A DNA stretch of 64,000 nt. Source: Deltaproteobacteria bacterium (lineage in GTDB: Bacteria; Myxococcota; JACRCW01). Position numbers and translations under genes: made by a program. Location of the stretch: positions 1-64,000 of the forward strand of contig JACRCW010000128.1 in NCBI GenBank assembly GCA_016218805.1. Direction: 5' to 3'. Shown piece after piece: positions 28,612 through 41,749 of the stretch (position 1 is its first letter; each line of letters opens with the position of its first letter). Below the pieces are notes generated by a model. That model worked only from the letters and a program-made list of their open reading frames with translations. It did no database searches and was not told where the DNA came from.

Positions 28612-30159
28612 TCAGGCGTTGGCCTCTTCGCCTTCGCCTTCCTCAACAACGGAGTCGCTCACCAGCTGCTGGGCAATGTCCAGCGCCCGGCGCAGCTTCT
28701 CGCGAATCTGTTCGTCCGCCTTGAGCTTCTTGTGCGCCTTGAGCAGGCGCTCTTCGTTCTTCTGCGCGTCCTCCTGGGCGCCGCGCAGCGCGGCTTCCAC
28801 CTCATCCACCTTGGCGCGCAGCTCACCCAACTCCGCCTGCGCCGTCTCCGCCGCGCTGGCGCGCTGCTCCAACTCCTCCACCTGCGCCTGCAGGGCCCCG
28901 GCCTGGCCCTGCGCCTCCGCCAGCTGTGAGGTCAGATCATTGAGACGCGACGCCGCCGACGACTCCGCGTCCTGGGCGTGCTGCTCGGCCGCCTGCAGGC
29001 GCGCCTCCAGCGTGGCCACCTGCGTCTCCAGCTCGCCCTTGGCCGCGTCCGCCGCGTTGGCGCGCTCCTCCGCCTGGCCCACCGCCTCCTGCTGCTCCAC
29101 CACCTCCTTTTCCTTGGCAAACACTTCGTCCTTGAGCTTCAGGAGTTCCTTGTCCTTGGTGTTGATCTGCTCCTTGAGGTGCAGGATCTCCTTGGCGGAG
29201 GTGGCTGAGACCTTGCCTTCGTCACCACCCTTGGCCCGCGCGGCGGCCTCCTGCGCCTGCTTGAGCTGGCTTTCCAGCGCCGCCACGCGCGCCTTGAGGT
29301 CACCGTTTTCCTTGCGCGCGTCCTTGAGCTGCCGCTCCGTCTCCGGGTCAGGCCGGACCACCTCCACGGGCGTGGGCGGCTTGCTGGTCACGGGCGCAGA
29401 GGCGGCCGGGCGTGCGGGAGCGGGGGGGGGCGCGCTGGCGGGCCGGGCGGAGGTGGCGGGCTTGGGCGCCGGCTTGGTGGACGGCCCCAGCAGCGAATCC
29501 AGGTCCATGTCCTTGGCCGCCGTCCGCGCCGCGGGCCGGGCCGCGGCTGCCGGCGGTGGCGGCGGTGGGGGCGGCGGTGGCGGCGGCTCAGGGGGCGGGG
29601 GCTCCGTGGGCAGTGCGTCCAGGCTTTCGGCACCCAGCGCGGCCAGGGGGTCCTCCTCCAGGGCGGGCTCGGGCGGCGGGGGTGGCGGCGCCGCGTCCTC
29701 CATGCCGGCGGTCAGGCTGTCAAAGTTGAGGTCGTCACCCTCGGCGGCCACCACCTCCTCCTGCGGCGCGGCGGCCTCGGGCTCCGGCAGGCCAATGAGC
29801 GCGCCGATCTTCTCCAGCAGGGCCTCGGGGTCAAACGGCTTGATGAGGTAGTCCTCGGCGCGCGTCTTGAGCTTCTTGTGCTGCTCAAACGTCTCCGGCG
29901 TGGCCTCACTGGAGGTGATGACCAGCGGGATGCCCTTGAGGTCGTCGTCCTTCTTGAGCTTGTTGCAGATGGAGTAGCCGCTCATCTTGGGCAGCTCCAC
30001 GCACAGCACAATGAGCTGTGGGCGGTCCGTCTTGGCGCGGTCCAGGGCGTCCTTGCCGTCGGGTACCACCGTGACCTGCAGGCCGCGGCCGGCCAGTGCC
30101 GACGTCAATCCGTCCGTGAAAGCTTGATCCGCATCCACCAGGAAGATGTGCTTGGACAT
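28612..30159 (-). CDS. frzS: FrzS-like social-motility regulator (pseudo-receiver, Pro/Ala linker, coiled coil)
   Basis: GYSICNKLKKDDDLKGIP...FEQHKKLKTRAEDY closely matches the FrzS receiver; LIVLCVEL lacks the phospho-acceptor Asp; C-terminal coiled coil ending EKLRRALDIAQQL. Confidence 0.8.
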   Translation of the reverse strand: MSKHIFLVDADQAFTDGLTSALAGRGLQVTVVPDGKDALDRAKTDRPQLIVLCVELPKMSGYSICNKLKKDDDLKGIPLVITSSEATPETFEQHKKLKTRAEDYLIKPFDPEALLEKIGALIGLPEPEAAAPQEEVVAAEGDDLNFDSLTAGMEDAAPPPPPPEPALEEDPLAALGAESLDALPTEPPPPEPPPPPPPPPPPPAAAARPAARTAAKDMDLDSLLGPSTKPAPKPATSARPASAPPPAPARPAASAPVTSKPPTPVEVVRPDPETERQLKDARKENGDLKARVAALESQLKQAQEAAARAKGGDEGKVSATSAKEILHLKEQINTKDKELLKLKDEVFAKEKEVVEQQEAVGQAEERANAADAAKGELETQVATLEARLQAAEQHAQDAESSAASRLNDLTSQLAEAQGQAGALQAQVEELEQRASAAETAQAELGELRAKVDEVEAALRGAQEDAQKNEERLLKAHKKLKADEQIREKLRRALDIAQQLVSDSVVEEGEGEEANA

Positions 30160-30428
30160 TCCGAGATCCCTGCCGCCGTGGGGGGTCGCCGCGCAGTGGG
30201 GGCCGCCGCGCGCGCCGCCGAACAAGACCGTGCGCTGGTGGAGGCGAAGAAAACGCCCGTCAGCACCCGGACTTTCAGGACGCTAGCCACGGTGCCTGCC
30301 CGGGGTCAAAGTCCTTGCCAACGCCACGTCGCTTCCCGGGCGTTTCCCGTCGGGCGGCGCGGATCCGCGGCGCGGGGGGCGCCGGCTCCGGCCGCGCGCG
30401 CTTGACGGCCAACACAGCGGGACCCTAG

Positions 30429-32955
<2,527 letters not shown>

Positions 32956-32978
32956 CCGCCCTTCTGCCGGCGCCTCCG

Positions 32979-34814
32979 TCAGGCCCGCCGCCGCCGGCGC
33001 AGGACCAGGCCGAGCGACAGGATGAACAGGATGGGCTCAAACCGCGCGCAGCCCTGGCAACTTCCCCCGGGCGTGATGCAGCGCAGCAGGAACGGGTCGC
33101 ACACGCCGGTGTCGCACTCGGTGGACTGCTGGCAGGCTTCGCCGGCCACCTTGAGGTAGCGGCAGGTGCCGTCACTGGCGCCCGGCGGGACAAGACAGCC
33201 GCCATAGGTGCAGGACGACGACAGGTGGCTGGCGTAGCCGCAGGGTTCACCGATGTCCGGGTTGGGGACGCAGGTGCCGGTGGCGGAGTTGGCGATCCGC
33301 TGACAGAACCCGGTCTGGCAGCCCGCGCTGAGGTGCGGCAGCGTCCCGCACGGCTCGCCGATGTCCGGGAGCACCCGGCAGTCCCCGCTGCCCGCATCCG
33401 CACTTTCCCGCCGGCAATAGCCGTGCTCACACGGCGGGGCGTCACCCTGGCCCCACGGCGAGCACGCCTCCCCCAGGCGCGCGGGGGGCACGCACTCCCC
33501 GCGCGCGGGGTCACTGCAATAGGATGACGACGTCACCGCGCGGCACGTGGGCCAGGTCCCGGGCGCGTCACCGCACGGCTGGCCCAGCACGGGGAACGCG
33601 CGGCAGGTGCCGCGCACCTCGTCCGCCCCGGCGCGCGCGCAGAAGGTGTCCGCGTACAGGCAGTTGCCGGTGTCGGACACCGGCAGGCCGGCCACCACGG
33701 CGCAGGGTTCGCCCTCGCGCGGGCGCACCTGGCAGGTGTCGTCGTCCGCGCAGTACAGGCCCGGCCCGCAGCGGTCCGTTCCCTTCAGGCACGCGTCAGA
33801 CACGGAGAGGAAGGCGGCGCACGCGCCCTCGCCGTTGCAGTACTGGCAGTCACCGCATTCCGTGTCATGGGAGCAGGCTGCACCCGGCGCGCCGGGGACG
33901 CGGCAGTGCGTGATGGCGGACGGGCCGGTGCGCGCACACACCAGCCCCTCCGCACACGGGGCGTACCCGGAGCCGCACAGCGCACCGTCGGTCCCGTAGG
34001 TCACGCACAACCCGCCGCGGCACACCAGCTCCGGGCCGCACGGGAGCTGGTAGCCCTGCGCGTCCAGGCAGCTCTCACCGTACGCGCGCGCGCGGCGGCA
34101 GCGGCCGGCCTCGCACACGCCCAGCGCGTCGCACTCGTCGCGCGAATCGCAGCGCTCGCCCACCGCCACCACCGGACGGCACGTCCCCGCGCTGGTGTCA
34201 TCCGCCACCGGGCGGCAGAACAGGCCCGCGGCGCACTCATGGGTGAGCTCACAGGGGGCGTCTGCCTCCACGGTGCCGCGGAACACCTCATGGCACGCCT
34301 CCGGGAGGTTCACGCCGGCCAGCGAAAACTGCCCCGTCTCCACGGGCGGACGGTCCCGGCGGGCCAGCGCGGGCCGGGTGGAGGACGCGCGGCACTTGAA
34401 CGCGTTCTCCGCGCTGTAGGTGACGCGGTCCCGGTCCACGCTCTGCAACACATGGTCCACGTAGACCCGCAGTGAGCCAAACTGGTCACACACCGCGGCG
34501 GGCAGCTGGCCCTGCGCCAGCAGCAGCGTGTCGGATTCGGGGGATGGCCACGCCAGCACGTCCAGCCGCTCCAGGTCCTCGTCGATGTAAGCGCCACCAC
34601 AGCGGTTCACCGTGCGCAGCAGCGCGCCGCGGAAGCCGTCCCGCAGCTCACGGCACAGCGCCCCCAGCTCCACGCGCTCCGCGCCACCGCCGGTGGAGGA
34701 GGAGGACGATGCGCCGCCGGAACCCGACGAGGAGGAGCCGCCATCCGCGGGCGGCTCCGGGCAGGCAGTGAGCAGCAGTGCGGCGCAGGCCAGGGCCATC
34801 CGGGGCAGGGTCAT
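32979..34814 (-). CDS. Cys-rich repeat lipoprotein with MYXO-CTERM-like C-terminal sorting signal
   Basis: Lipobox LLLTAC, Ser/Gly linker, many GEPC...C...GLxC repeats; C-terminus GGSCQGC + hydrophobic segment + RRRRRA. Confidence 0.8.
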   Translation of the reverse strand: MTLPRMALACAALLLTACPEPPADGGSSSSGSGGASSSSSTGGGAERVELGALCRELRDGFRGALLRTVNRCGGAYIDEDLERLDVLAWPSPESDTLLLAQGQLPAAVCDQFGSLRVYVDHVLQSVDRDRVTYSAENAFKCRASSTRPALARRDRPPVETGQFSLAGVNLPEACHEVFRGTVEADAPCELTHECAAGLFCRPVADDTSAGTCRPVVAVGERCDSRDECDALGVCEAGRCRRARAYGESCLDAQGYQLPCGPELVCRGGLCVTYGTDGALCGSGYAPCAEGLVCARTGPSAITHCRVPGAPGAACSHDTECGDCQYCNGEGACAAFLSVSDACLKGTDRCGPGLYCADDDTCQVRPREGEPCAVVAGLPVSDTGNCLYADTFCARAGADEVRGTCRAFPVLGQPCGDAPGTWPTCRAVTSSSYCSDPARGECVPPARLGEACSPWGQGDAPPCEHGYCRRESADAGSGDCRVLPDIGEPCGTLPHLSAGCQTGFCQRIANSATGTCVPNPDIGEPCGYASHLSSSCTYGGCLVPPGASDGTCRYLKVAGEACQQSTECDTGVCDPFLLRCITPGGSCQGCARFEPILFILSLGLVLRRRRRA

Positions 34815-34855
34815 GCCCGGGACCGTACCGGTCGCTCGACGGCGCCACCAGCGGG

Positions 34856-35671
34856 TCAGCCGATGCGGTGCCCGTGCGCGTAGATGTTGAAACCCGCGGC
34901 ACCCGCAAACGCCACGAGCGTGAGCCCCGCCCGCAGGGCCAGCTCCACGGCCAGTGACGTGGGCGCGCCAACGCTGACGACGACGGGTACCCGCAGCACG
35001 TGCGCCTTCTGCACAATCTCAAACCCCGCCCGGCTGCTGACCACCACGCCCAGCGCGGCCCGGCCGCGCCCGCGCACCGCCCACGCCCCCAGCGTCTTGT
35101 CCACCGCGTTGTGGCGGCCCACGTCCTCGCGGACGTCCTGCAGTGCCCCCGCATCATCCAGCGCGGCCGCCGCGTGCAGGCCCCCGGTGGCGGCAAACCC
35201 CGGCTGCCGCTGCCGCAGGGCGTCCGGGAGCCCGCGCACCACCGCGCCGGGGATGCACCGGCCGTCCACCAGCGGCGGGGCCTCCGCCAGCAGGTTGTCC
35301 AGTGATGCCGCCCCGCACGTGCCGCACGCGCTGTTGGCGTGCCGCGGCCGCTGGAACCGCCGCAGGTCCGGGGCGGCACCGGGGCGCAGCAGCACGTCCA
35401 CAATGTTCCCAGCCGCTTCAGCGGGCGCGGTGGCGCAGGGCACCACGTCGTCAATGTCGGCCGCATCGGCCACCACGCCTTCGGTGAGCACGTAGCCCGC
35501 GGCCAGGTCCGCGTCGTGTCCCGGGGTCCGCAGCAGCACCGCCAGCGGCACGCCGCCCACGCGGATCTCCAGCGGCTCTTCGTGTGCCACCAGGTCCGAA
35601 CCCTGCTCCGTGGCATCCCGCACGCGCACGCGGTGTACCGCGCGCGTACCGCGCACCACGTCCCGGGCCAT
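34856..35671 (-). CDS. fdhD: Formate dehydrogenase accessory sulfurtransferase
   Basis: EEPLEI, RTPG, SACGTCG, FAATGGLHAAA, REDVGRHNAVDK, SSRAGFEIVQK. Confidence 0.96.
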   Translation of the reverse strand: MARDVVRGTRAVHRVRVRDATEQGSDLVAHEEPLEIRVGGVPLAVLLRTPGHDADLAAGYVLTEGVVADAADIDDVVPCATAPAEAAGNIVDVLLRPGAAPDLRRFQRPRHANSACGTCGAASLDNLLAEAPPLVDGRCIPGAVVRGLPDALRQRQPGFAATGGLHAAAALDDAGALQDVREDVGRHNAVDKTLGAWAVRGRGRAALGVVVSSRAGFEIVQKAHVLRVPVVVSVGAPTSLAVELALRAGLTLVAFAGAAGFNIYAHGHRIG

Positions 35672-36217
35672 TCAGCGCCGTCCCAGGGGCCGCGCGGTCT
35701 CCACGGCCAGCACCGCGCGCGCCACCACCACCCCGCCCTCGGACCGGCGCGCCTCCAGCTGCGTCCCCGGCGCGCCCACGGACGCCATGCGGGTCTGCAG
35801 CTCGTTGCGCGTGCGCACCTCGCCCAGCAGTGACACGGCCGGCGGATCCAGCCGCGCGCGCGCAAACACGTCCCGCGACGCCGCCGGGTCCAGCAGCGCG
35901 CCCCGCCGCCGGTCCCATGCGTCCCGCGGCTGGATCCCCTCCGCGGTCTCCTGCACCAGCAGGTCCAGGTCCGGCCCCAGCGCCGCCTGCAACGCCGGCA
36001 GCCGGTGGTGCGCCCACAGGGACATGGCCACCTGGGTGTTGTGCGCATGGCGCCGCAGCAGCTGCCCCTCCCGCCGCAACAGCAGCTCAAAGGACGACAT
36101 GAACCCGATCTGCCAGGTGGCGCCGCGCGGGGGCGCCATGAGCGCCACTTCGCCGCCCAGCACCTGGGTGGGCTGGTCCGAGGGCGGTTCCGGGGTGGGC
36201 CAGGGAGGCAGCGGCAT
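35672..36217 (-). CDS. Hypothetical protein
   Basis: Fills the gap and abuts the fdhD start; start placed at MPLPPWP to avoid overlap with the divergent gene. Confidence 0.55.
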   Translation of the reverse strand: MPLPPWPTPEPPSDQPTQVLGGEVALMAPPRGATWQIGFMSSFELLLRREGQLLRRHAHNTQVAMSLWAHHRLPALQAALGPDLDLLVQETAEGIQPRDAWDRRRGALLDPAASRDVFARARLDPPAVSLLGEVRTRNELQTRMASVGAPGTQLEARRSEGGVVVARAVLAVETARPLGRR

Positions 36218-36313
36218 GGCCGGACACTCATGCCGCGCGCGGCGCTCAGGCGCAACGCGGGCGACGACGGGCAGCTTGTTTGGCGGAACACCGCCTTCGG
36301 TTAGAGTCCGGCC

Positions 36314-36898
36314 ATGGTCAGCACTGCCGCCGAGAAACTTGCCAAGGAACCCATTGACCGCCTGCTGGGGCGCCTCACTCCGGACCAGCGCCAGGTACTG
36401 GCGTACGCGTGGGCGTCCCACGCCGTGACGCAGCTGCTGCCGCCGCACCTGGAGGGCGCGGGGCTGACCCGCGAGGCCAGCCAGTCCCGCGCCGCGCCGC
36501 CGGCCACCGACCCGCGCACGGCCGCCACGCTGCGCGACGTGCTGGTGGCCATGCAGGAGGCCACCGAGCGCTTGCGCAAGAAGGAGGAGGAGGCCGCCGG
36601 GGGGAGGATCACCGACGGACCGGGCAGCCGCGCGTCCCAGGCGCTGTCCCAGGCCACAGAAGCGGTGAAGGCGTCACTGGGCGAAGCCGGGATGAAGGTG
36701 AAGGTCAGCGGCGCGGTGGTGGCGCCCACCGTCAAGGGCGCGGGGGTCACGCCGGATGGGAACCTCCAGCGCGCCACGCTGGCCGGCCGGTACGCGGCGC
36801 TGCTGGCCCGCATGGGCGGTGAACAGGCCCAGGCCGACGAGGAAGCCCGCCAGAAGAACGAGGCGGTGACCACGCTGCGGGGCCCCAAGCGCATCTGA
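36314..36898 (+). CDS. Hypothetical protein
   Basis: 194 aa, GC-rich third positions, natural composition; upstream of comEC. Confidence 0.7.
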   Translation: MVSTAAEKLAKEPIDRLLGRLTPDQRQVLAYAWASHAVTQLLPPHLEGAGLTREASQSRAAPPATDPRTAATLRDVLVAMQEATERLRKKEEEAAGGRITDGPGSRASQALSQATEAVKASLGEAGMKVKVSGAVVAPTVKGAGVTPDGNLQRATLAGRYAALLARMGGEQAQADEEARQKNEAVTTLRGPKRI

Positions 36899-36917
36899 CC
36901 TGCGGTATACGGGCGCC

Positions 36918-39353
36918 GTGACGCCGCCGGGTCCATTCCACGCGCCCCTGCTGGGCCTGGCCGCGGCACTTGCCGCCGGATGCGCCGTCACCACGGGGAG
37001 CCCGTGGGCCTGGCTGGCCGTCTCCGCCGCGGCGGCCGCCGCGGGGACCTGGTTGCCGTCCCGTCTGCTCACCGCGCGGTGGGCCGCGTGGCTGTGCTGC
37101 CTGCTCACGGCGGGCGCGGGGCTGCGCACGGCCGCCGAGGCGCGCGCGGAACGGCTGGCCGCGCAGGTGGCGGCGCTTTCGTCCGCCGACGGGGCGCGCG
37201 TGGAAGGAGTGGTCCGCCGCGTGCTCGCCGAGTGGCCGCTGCCGCGCGTGGAGTTTGCGCTGCGCGCCGTGCACGCCCCGGGGGGCTCCACCGCCGTGGA
37301 CGGCGCCGCCGCCCTGACGCTGCCGCAGGGCCTGCGGCCCCCGCCGGAGGGGAGCGTCCTGCTGGTGCGTTCCATGATGCACCGCCCGCGCGTGGCGCGC
37401 TTCCCCGGGGACCTGGACGCGCGCGCCCTGCTTGGTTCCCGCGGTGTGGACCTGCAGGGGACGGCCACCTCCGTGGATGACCTGGCGGTGGTGGCGGACC
37501 GCGCGGGGTTCACGGGTACCGACGACCTGCTGGCCCGGGCGCGCAACGCCACGCGGGCCGCCGTCCGCACCGCCATGCCGGAGGACGCCGCCGCGCTGGT
37601 GGAGGCGTTTGTGCTCGGAGACAGCCCGGGCATGGACCCGGAGGTCCGGCGGCCGTTTGACGAGGCGGGCGCCGCCCACCTGCTCGCCGTGTCGGGGCTG
37701 CAGGCCACGCTGCTGGCCGCCATGTTGTTCGCGCTGTTGCGCGCGCTGTGGGGGCGCATCCCGTGGCTGCTGGCGCGCGCGGACCCCGGTCCCGCCGCGG
37801 CGTTGCTGTGCCTCCCGGCCATCTACGCGTACGCGCTGTTTGCCGGCGGGGCCGCCAGCGTGGTGCGGTCAGCGTGGATGGCGGCGGCCGTGATGGTGGG
37901 GCAGGCGCTGCGCCGCAAGGCGGCCACCGCGCAGGTGCTGGGCGTCGCGGCCATCGTGATGCTCGCCGTGGAGCCGCGCGTCGTCGCCAACGCGGGTTTC
38001 CTGCTGTCCTTCCTCTCCGTGCTGGCTCTGGTGCTGCTGACGCCGGGTGTGCTGGCCCTGCTCCAGGGGACGGACGCGGACCGCACCTCGTGGCGCCCGT
38101 GGCTGCTGGCCGCGCTGGCGTCGTCCACGGCGGCGTACCTGGCCACGCTGCCGCTGGTGGCGCACCTGTTCGGCCGCGTGGCGACGTGGGGCGCGCTCAC
38201 CAACGTGGTGCTGGTGCCCGCGGGTGCCGTGGCGCTGCCGGCAGTGGTCGTCGGGACGCTGGCGGGTGTGGCGCTGCAGTGGGACTTCCTGCTGGCGTGC
38301 TGCGGTGCGGTCTCGCTGGCGCTGCATGACCTCTGCCGGGTGGCCGCGTTGCTGCCGTGGCCCGTGGTGGAGGTCACACCGCCCGGCGCCGGGATGACCG
38401 CGCTGGCCCTGGGCGGTGCGCTGCTGCTCGCCGTTGGGTCGTGGCGGGCGGCGGTGGCGGGCGCGTTGGGGTTGCTGGTGGGCGTGGCGGGCCTGGTGCC
38501 GGCGCAGTCACCGCGCAATGAACTGGTGGTGATGATGGCGCCGGTGGGGCAGGGTGACGGCGCCATCCTGCGTTTTCCGGACGGTGCGGTGGCGGTGATT
38601 GACGGTGGCGGCAGCTTCATCTCCGCGGTGGACCCCGGGCGCACGGTGCTGGCGCCGCTGCTGGACCAGCTGGGAGTGCAGCAGCTGGACCTGATGGTGC
38701 TGAGCCACCCGCACCCGGATCATCTCAATGGGCTGGTGACGCTGGCGGAACGGTTCCGCCCCCGCGAGTTCTGGTGGACCGGCCAGCAAAGCCGCCACCC
38801 GCGCTTCCGCGACCTGGAGCGCGCGCTGGATGCGGCGGGGACACGCCGCGTGGTGTTTGAACGCCCTGCTGCCGGGCCGCGCGTGGTGCAGCGGACGGTG
38901 GGTGGCGTGCGGGTCTGTGTGCTGCACCCGTTCCCGGAGCGTGACGCCCCTGACGCGCCCCACCACTTCCCCGAGCTGTCCGACAATGACAACTCGCTGG
39001 TGCTGCGGTTTGAACACGCGGGGCGCGCGGTGCTGTTCCCCGGCGACATTGAGAAGGAGACCGAGGCCGCGCTGGCCGCTGACCCGGACGTGGCCCCGCT
39101 GCTGCGCGCGGACGTGCTCAAGATCCCGCACCACGGCAGCAACACCAGCAGTACCGACGCGTTCCTGCGCGCGGTGGGCGCGCGGCACGCGCTCATTGGC
39201 GTGGGCGCTGGCAACACGTGGGGTTTCCCCAGCGGCGAAGTCCTGGGCCGCATGGCCGCGCACGGCGTGGACGTGTGGCGGACCGATCTGGACGGACTGG
39301 TCACCGTGCACCTGGGCGCGGACGGCGTGGCGGTGGAGGCGTTTGCGCGGTGA
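36918..39353 (+). CDS. comEC: DNA internalization competence protein ComEC/Rec2
   Basis: HLLAVSGLQ, RSAWM, GFLLSF; metallo-beta-lactamase domain VGQGD, SHPHPDHLNG, NDNSLV, KIPHHGS. Confidence 0.95.
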   Translation: MTPPGPFHAPLLGLAAALAAGCAVTTGSPWAWLAVSAAAAAAGTWLPSRLLTARWAAWLCCLLTAGAGLRTAAEARAERLAAQVAALSSADGARVEGVVRRVLAEWPLPRVEFALRAVHAPGGSTAVDGAAALTLPQGLRPPPEGSVLLVRSMMHRPRVARFPGDLDARALLGSRGVDLQGTATSVDDLAVVADRAGFTGTDDLLARARNATRAAVRTAMPEDAAALVEAFVLGDSPGMDPEVRRPFDEAGAAHLLAVSGLQATLLAAMLFALLRALWGRIPWLLARADPGPAAALLCLPAIYAYALFAGGAASVVRSAWMAAAVMVGQALRRKAATAQVLGVAAIVMLAVEPRVVANAGFLLSFLSVLALVLLTPGVLALLQGTDADRTSWRPWLLAALASSTAAYLATLPLVAHLFGRVATWGALTNVVLVPAGAVALPAVVVGTLAGVALQWDFLLACCGAVSLALHDLCRVAALLPWPVVEVTPPGAGMTALALGGALLLAVGSWRAAVAGALGLLVGVAGLVPAQSPRNELVVMMAPVGQGDGAILRFPDGAVAVIDGGGSFISAVDPGRTVLAPLLDQLGVQQLDLMVLSHPHPDHLNGLVTLAERFRPREFWWTGQQSRHPRFRDLERALDAAGTRRVVFERPAAGPRVVQRTVGGVRVCVLHPFPERDAPDAPHHFPELSDNDNSLVLRFEHAGRAVLFPGDIEKETEAALAADPDVAPLLRADVLKIPHHGSNTSSTDAFLRAVGARHALIGVGAGNTWGFPSGEVLGRMAAHGVDVWRTDLDGLVTVHLGADGVAVEAFAR

Positions 39354-39373
39354 GCGGGCCAGGCCCCCGCGCC

Positions 39374-41749
39374 TCACAGACCCTCTGCCCACGCGGGCGC
39401 TGCCGGCGGCGGAAACCCGGTTGAGCCCAGGCAGCTTCCATCAACCATGGCGTCGGTGCTCGGGGGAAAGTCGGCGCAACCATTGCCCGTGTAATCACAA
39501 ATGCTGGCAATGTCGTTCTCCGGATCCAGGCCGCTGTTGCCGCTTGGGTTGATGAACAGGCCGCATCCCGGATTGCCGTCATCCAGCGTTGCGCCCATGA
39601 AGTTGTTGCGGACCACGCCTATGATGCCCGCGCCCGCAGACGCCACCTGCGAGTGAACGTCGTTGTCGGCGACAAACGCATTCGTCCCTTCGCCGAGGGC
39701 GCCCAGGCCGCTGAGCGTGTTGCGCCGGATGATGACCTTGGGCGTCCGCAGGATGGCCAGTCCCACGTTGCCCGCGGACCCGAGGTCCGGGTTGTCCTCA
39801 ATGAGCACGTCCACCTGGTCCGTCAGGTAGGCGCCATCCGGCACCACGCAGGCGCGCATCACAAACGGCTCCGTGCTCCGCTGCGCGATGAGCCCAATGG
39901 CACCGGGAAGCGCGTGAATCGTGCTGTTTTCCACGAGCAACGGCAGCACCATGTTCTCAATGAACAGCGTGTTTCCCGCCTGCGCGGGCGGAAGGGTGAC
40001 CTCAACCAGGCGCACGCCCTCGGAGTTCAATGTGGGCGGTGGGATGGGGCCGGGAGACGGGCCGGGCCCGGGACCAGGCAGCCCACAGTTGCTCCCCGCG
40101 ATTCTCGCCTCCAGCAGCGTGGCGTATTTCACCAGCGTGAGTTGGAGCTTGGCTGCCGCCGTGGCGCAGATGTCCAACTGCCCATTGTACTGGGCCGCTG
40201 CGCCCGCCGTCAGCATGAATGCCAGTTCATCGTGGGTGCTGCGGATCTTCAGGAAGCCCTCCACCGTGCCGTCCGCGTGTTCAAACCGGGTGTTGCGCGC
40301 CGTGGCACCGGCGGTGAACGCCACGCCGCCCCTCAGGTTGGCCAGGGCCCACGCGCCGTCAATGTTGCCTCCCAGCTGCAGGTCCGCATCACCGTCAATA
40401 TCCGCCCGCAGCGTCCAGTACGCCCGGGCAACCACGTCGGCGCCCGTCGAGTCCCAGCGGTACTGGCTCCGGAATGTGACGGATTCCTGGTCCAGCGCGA
40501 AGTCCCCCGTGCCGCGCGTGGTCAGCGAGAAGCCGGCGGCGACTTCGTGGCGAAGCATGTTGAGGCTGGCCCGGCCGGGCAGGAGCAGTTCCAGGTCCGA
40601 CGACACGTTCTGCAACCCGCTTACCTCCACCAGGTTGAGCTGCGCCCCGCCCTTCATGCGGACGGCGGCTTCGATGTTCTCCACCAGGCCCTCCGAGAAC
40701 TCCACGCGCGCGTGGCTGCACAGCGTCCCGCCTCCCTGCAGCGCCACGTGCGCAACCTGCCCGCCATTCACCACGACGTTGGCGTCGGAATCCGCCTGGT
40801 AGTCCAGCGTGAGGTTCCCCAGCACGCGGCTCCCCTGGAAGGTGGTGTGCGCGGCGTTGGGGCACAGGCTCAGCGGCTGCCCACCGCCCGTGGCGGCGGG
40901 TGTGGTCAGGACCAGGTTCACCGTGGATTGGAACGTGTCAGAGCGCAGCACCAGCGTATCCGCCGCGTTGAACGTCACCGGGCCGGTGAAGACAATCCCG
41001 TTGAGCTGCGTGGGCCGGTTCACGTTGAACACCACGCCTCCAAACGTGGCGCCGTCCTCGGTGCGCAGGTCCACCGCGCACGCGCTGGTCAGTGTGCCGT
41101 CCACGGTGACGCCTCCATGCACCACCACCTCCATGCGGTCATCCGCACCCGCGCCTTCGCACGCGGCGGCCAGCGCCTCCGGGACGGAGCCGAACTCGTC
41201 GCCGCCGGAGGGTTGTGCCCGCACGTGCAGCGTGCGCCGGTAGGTCACCTTGCTGCTGATCAGTGCGTAGGTGGAAAAGCCCGCTATCACCGCGTGCACG
41301 CGGGACGTCTCCACGTCCACCCGGCTGTCCAACAGTGCGCGCCAACCGCCGTTTTCGCGGCGTGCCATGACCAGGTCCTCGGCCGCCACGCCTTCCGGCA
41401 ACATTGCGTCGTAATACGGAATCCGCATCTCCACGCGGCCCATGAACTCCAGGCCGTCCGGGCCCATTTCAAACGCGGTGTTGGGAATGACAACGCCATC
41501 CGTTCCCACGAGCACCGTTGCCTGGATGGGGGTGGCTGCCTCCACCGCCCGGGGCACCGCGTCCAGTTCCAGCCCGCCCAGCGGGACGGTGCCGCCTTCC
41601 GGCAGCAACTCCCCGGTGAACACGGGGCCCTCCAGCAGCCCGGCCCCGCCGTCCGGCAGCGTGGGCGGATTGCGTATCAGGTCCAGCACCTGGCAGGCGC
41701 AGCCCGGGTTCAACATCACCAGCGCCGCCACCGCAATGCGCATCTTCAT
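39374..41749 (-). CDS. Large exported protein (ZU5-like N-terminal domain, probable beta-helix)
   Basis: Signal peptide with Cys; VPRAV...FEMGPDGLEF...GFSTYA (ZU5-like); repetitive beta-strand-rich C-terminal part. Confidence 0.65.
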   Translation of the reverse strand: MKMRIAVAALVMLNPGCACQVLDLIRNPPTLPDGGAGLLEGPVFTGELLPEGGTVPLGGLELDAVPRAVEAATPIQATVLVGTDGVVIPNTAFEMGPDGLEFMGRVEMRIPYYDAMLPEGVAAEDLVMARRENGGWRALLDSRVDVETSRVHAVIAGFSTYALISSKVTYRRTLHVRAQPSGGDEFGSVPEALAAACEGAGADDRMEVVVHGGVTVDGTLTSACAVDLRTEDGATFGGVVFNVNRPTQLNGIVFTGPVTFNAADTLVLRSDTFQSTVNLVLTTPAATGGGQPLSLCPNAAHTTFQGSRVLGNLTLDYQADSDANVVVNGGQVAHVALQGGGTLCSHARVEFSEGLVENIEAAVRMKGGAQLNLVEVSGLQNVSSDLELLLPGRASLNMLRHEVAAGFSLTTRGTGDFALDQESVTFRSQYRWDSTGADVVARAYWTLRADIDGDADLQLGGNIDGAWALANLRGGVAFTAGATARNTRFEHADGTVEGFLKIRSTHDELAFMLTAGAAAQYNGQLDICATAAAKLQLTLVKYATLLEARIAGSNCGLPGPGPGPSPGPIPPPTLNSEGVRLVEVTLPPAQAGNTLFIENMVLPLLVENSTIHALPGAIGLIAQRSTEPFVMRACVVPDGAYLTDQVDVLIEDNPDLGSAGNVGLAILRTPKVIIRRNTLSGLGALGEGTNAFVADNDVHSQVASAGAGIIGVVRNNFMGATLDDGNPGCGLFINPSGNSGLDPENDIASICDYTGNGCADFPPSTDAMVDGSCLGSTGFPPPAAPAWAEGL

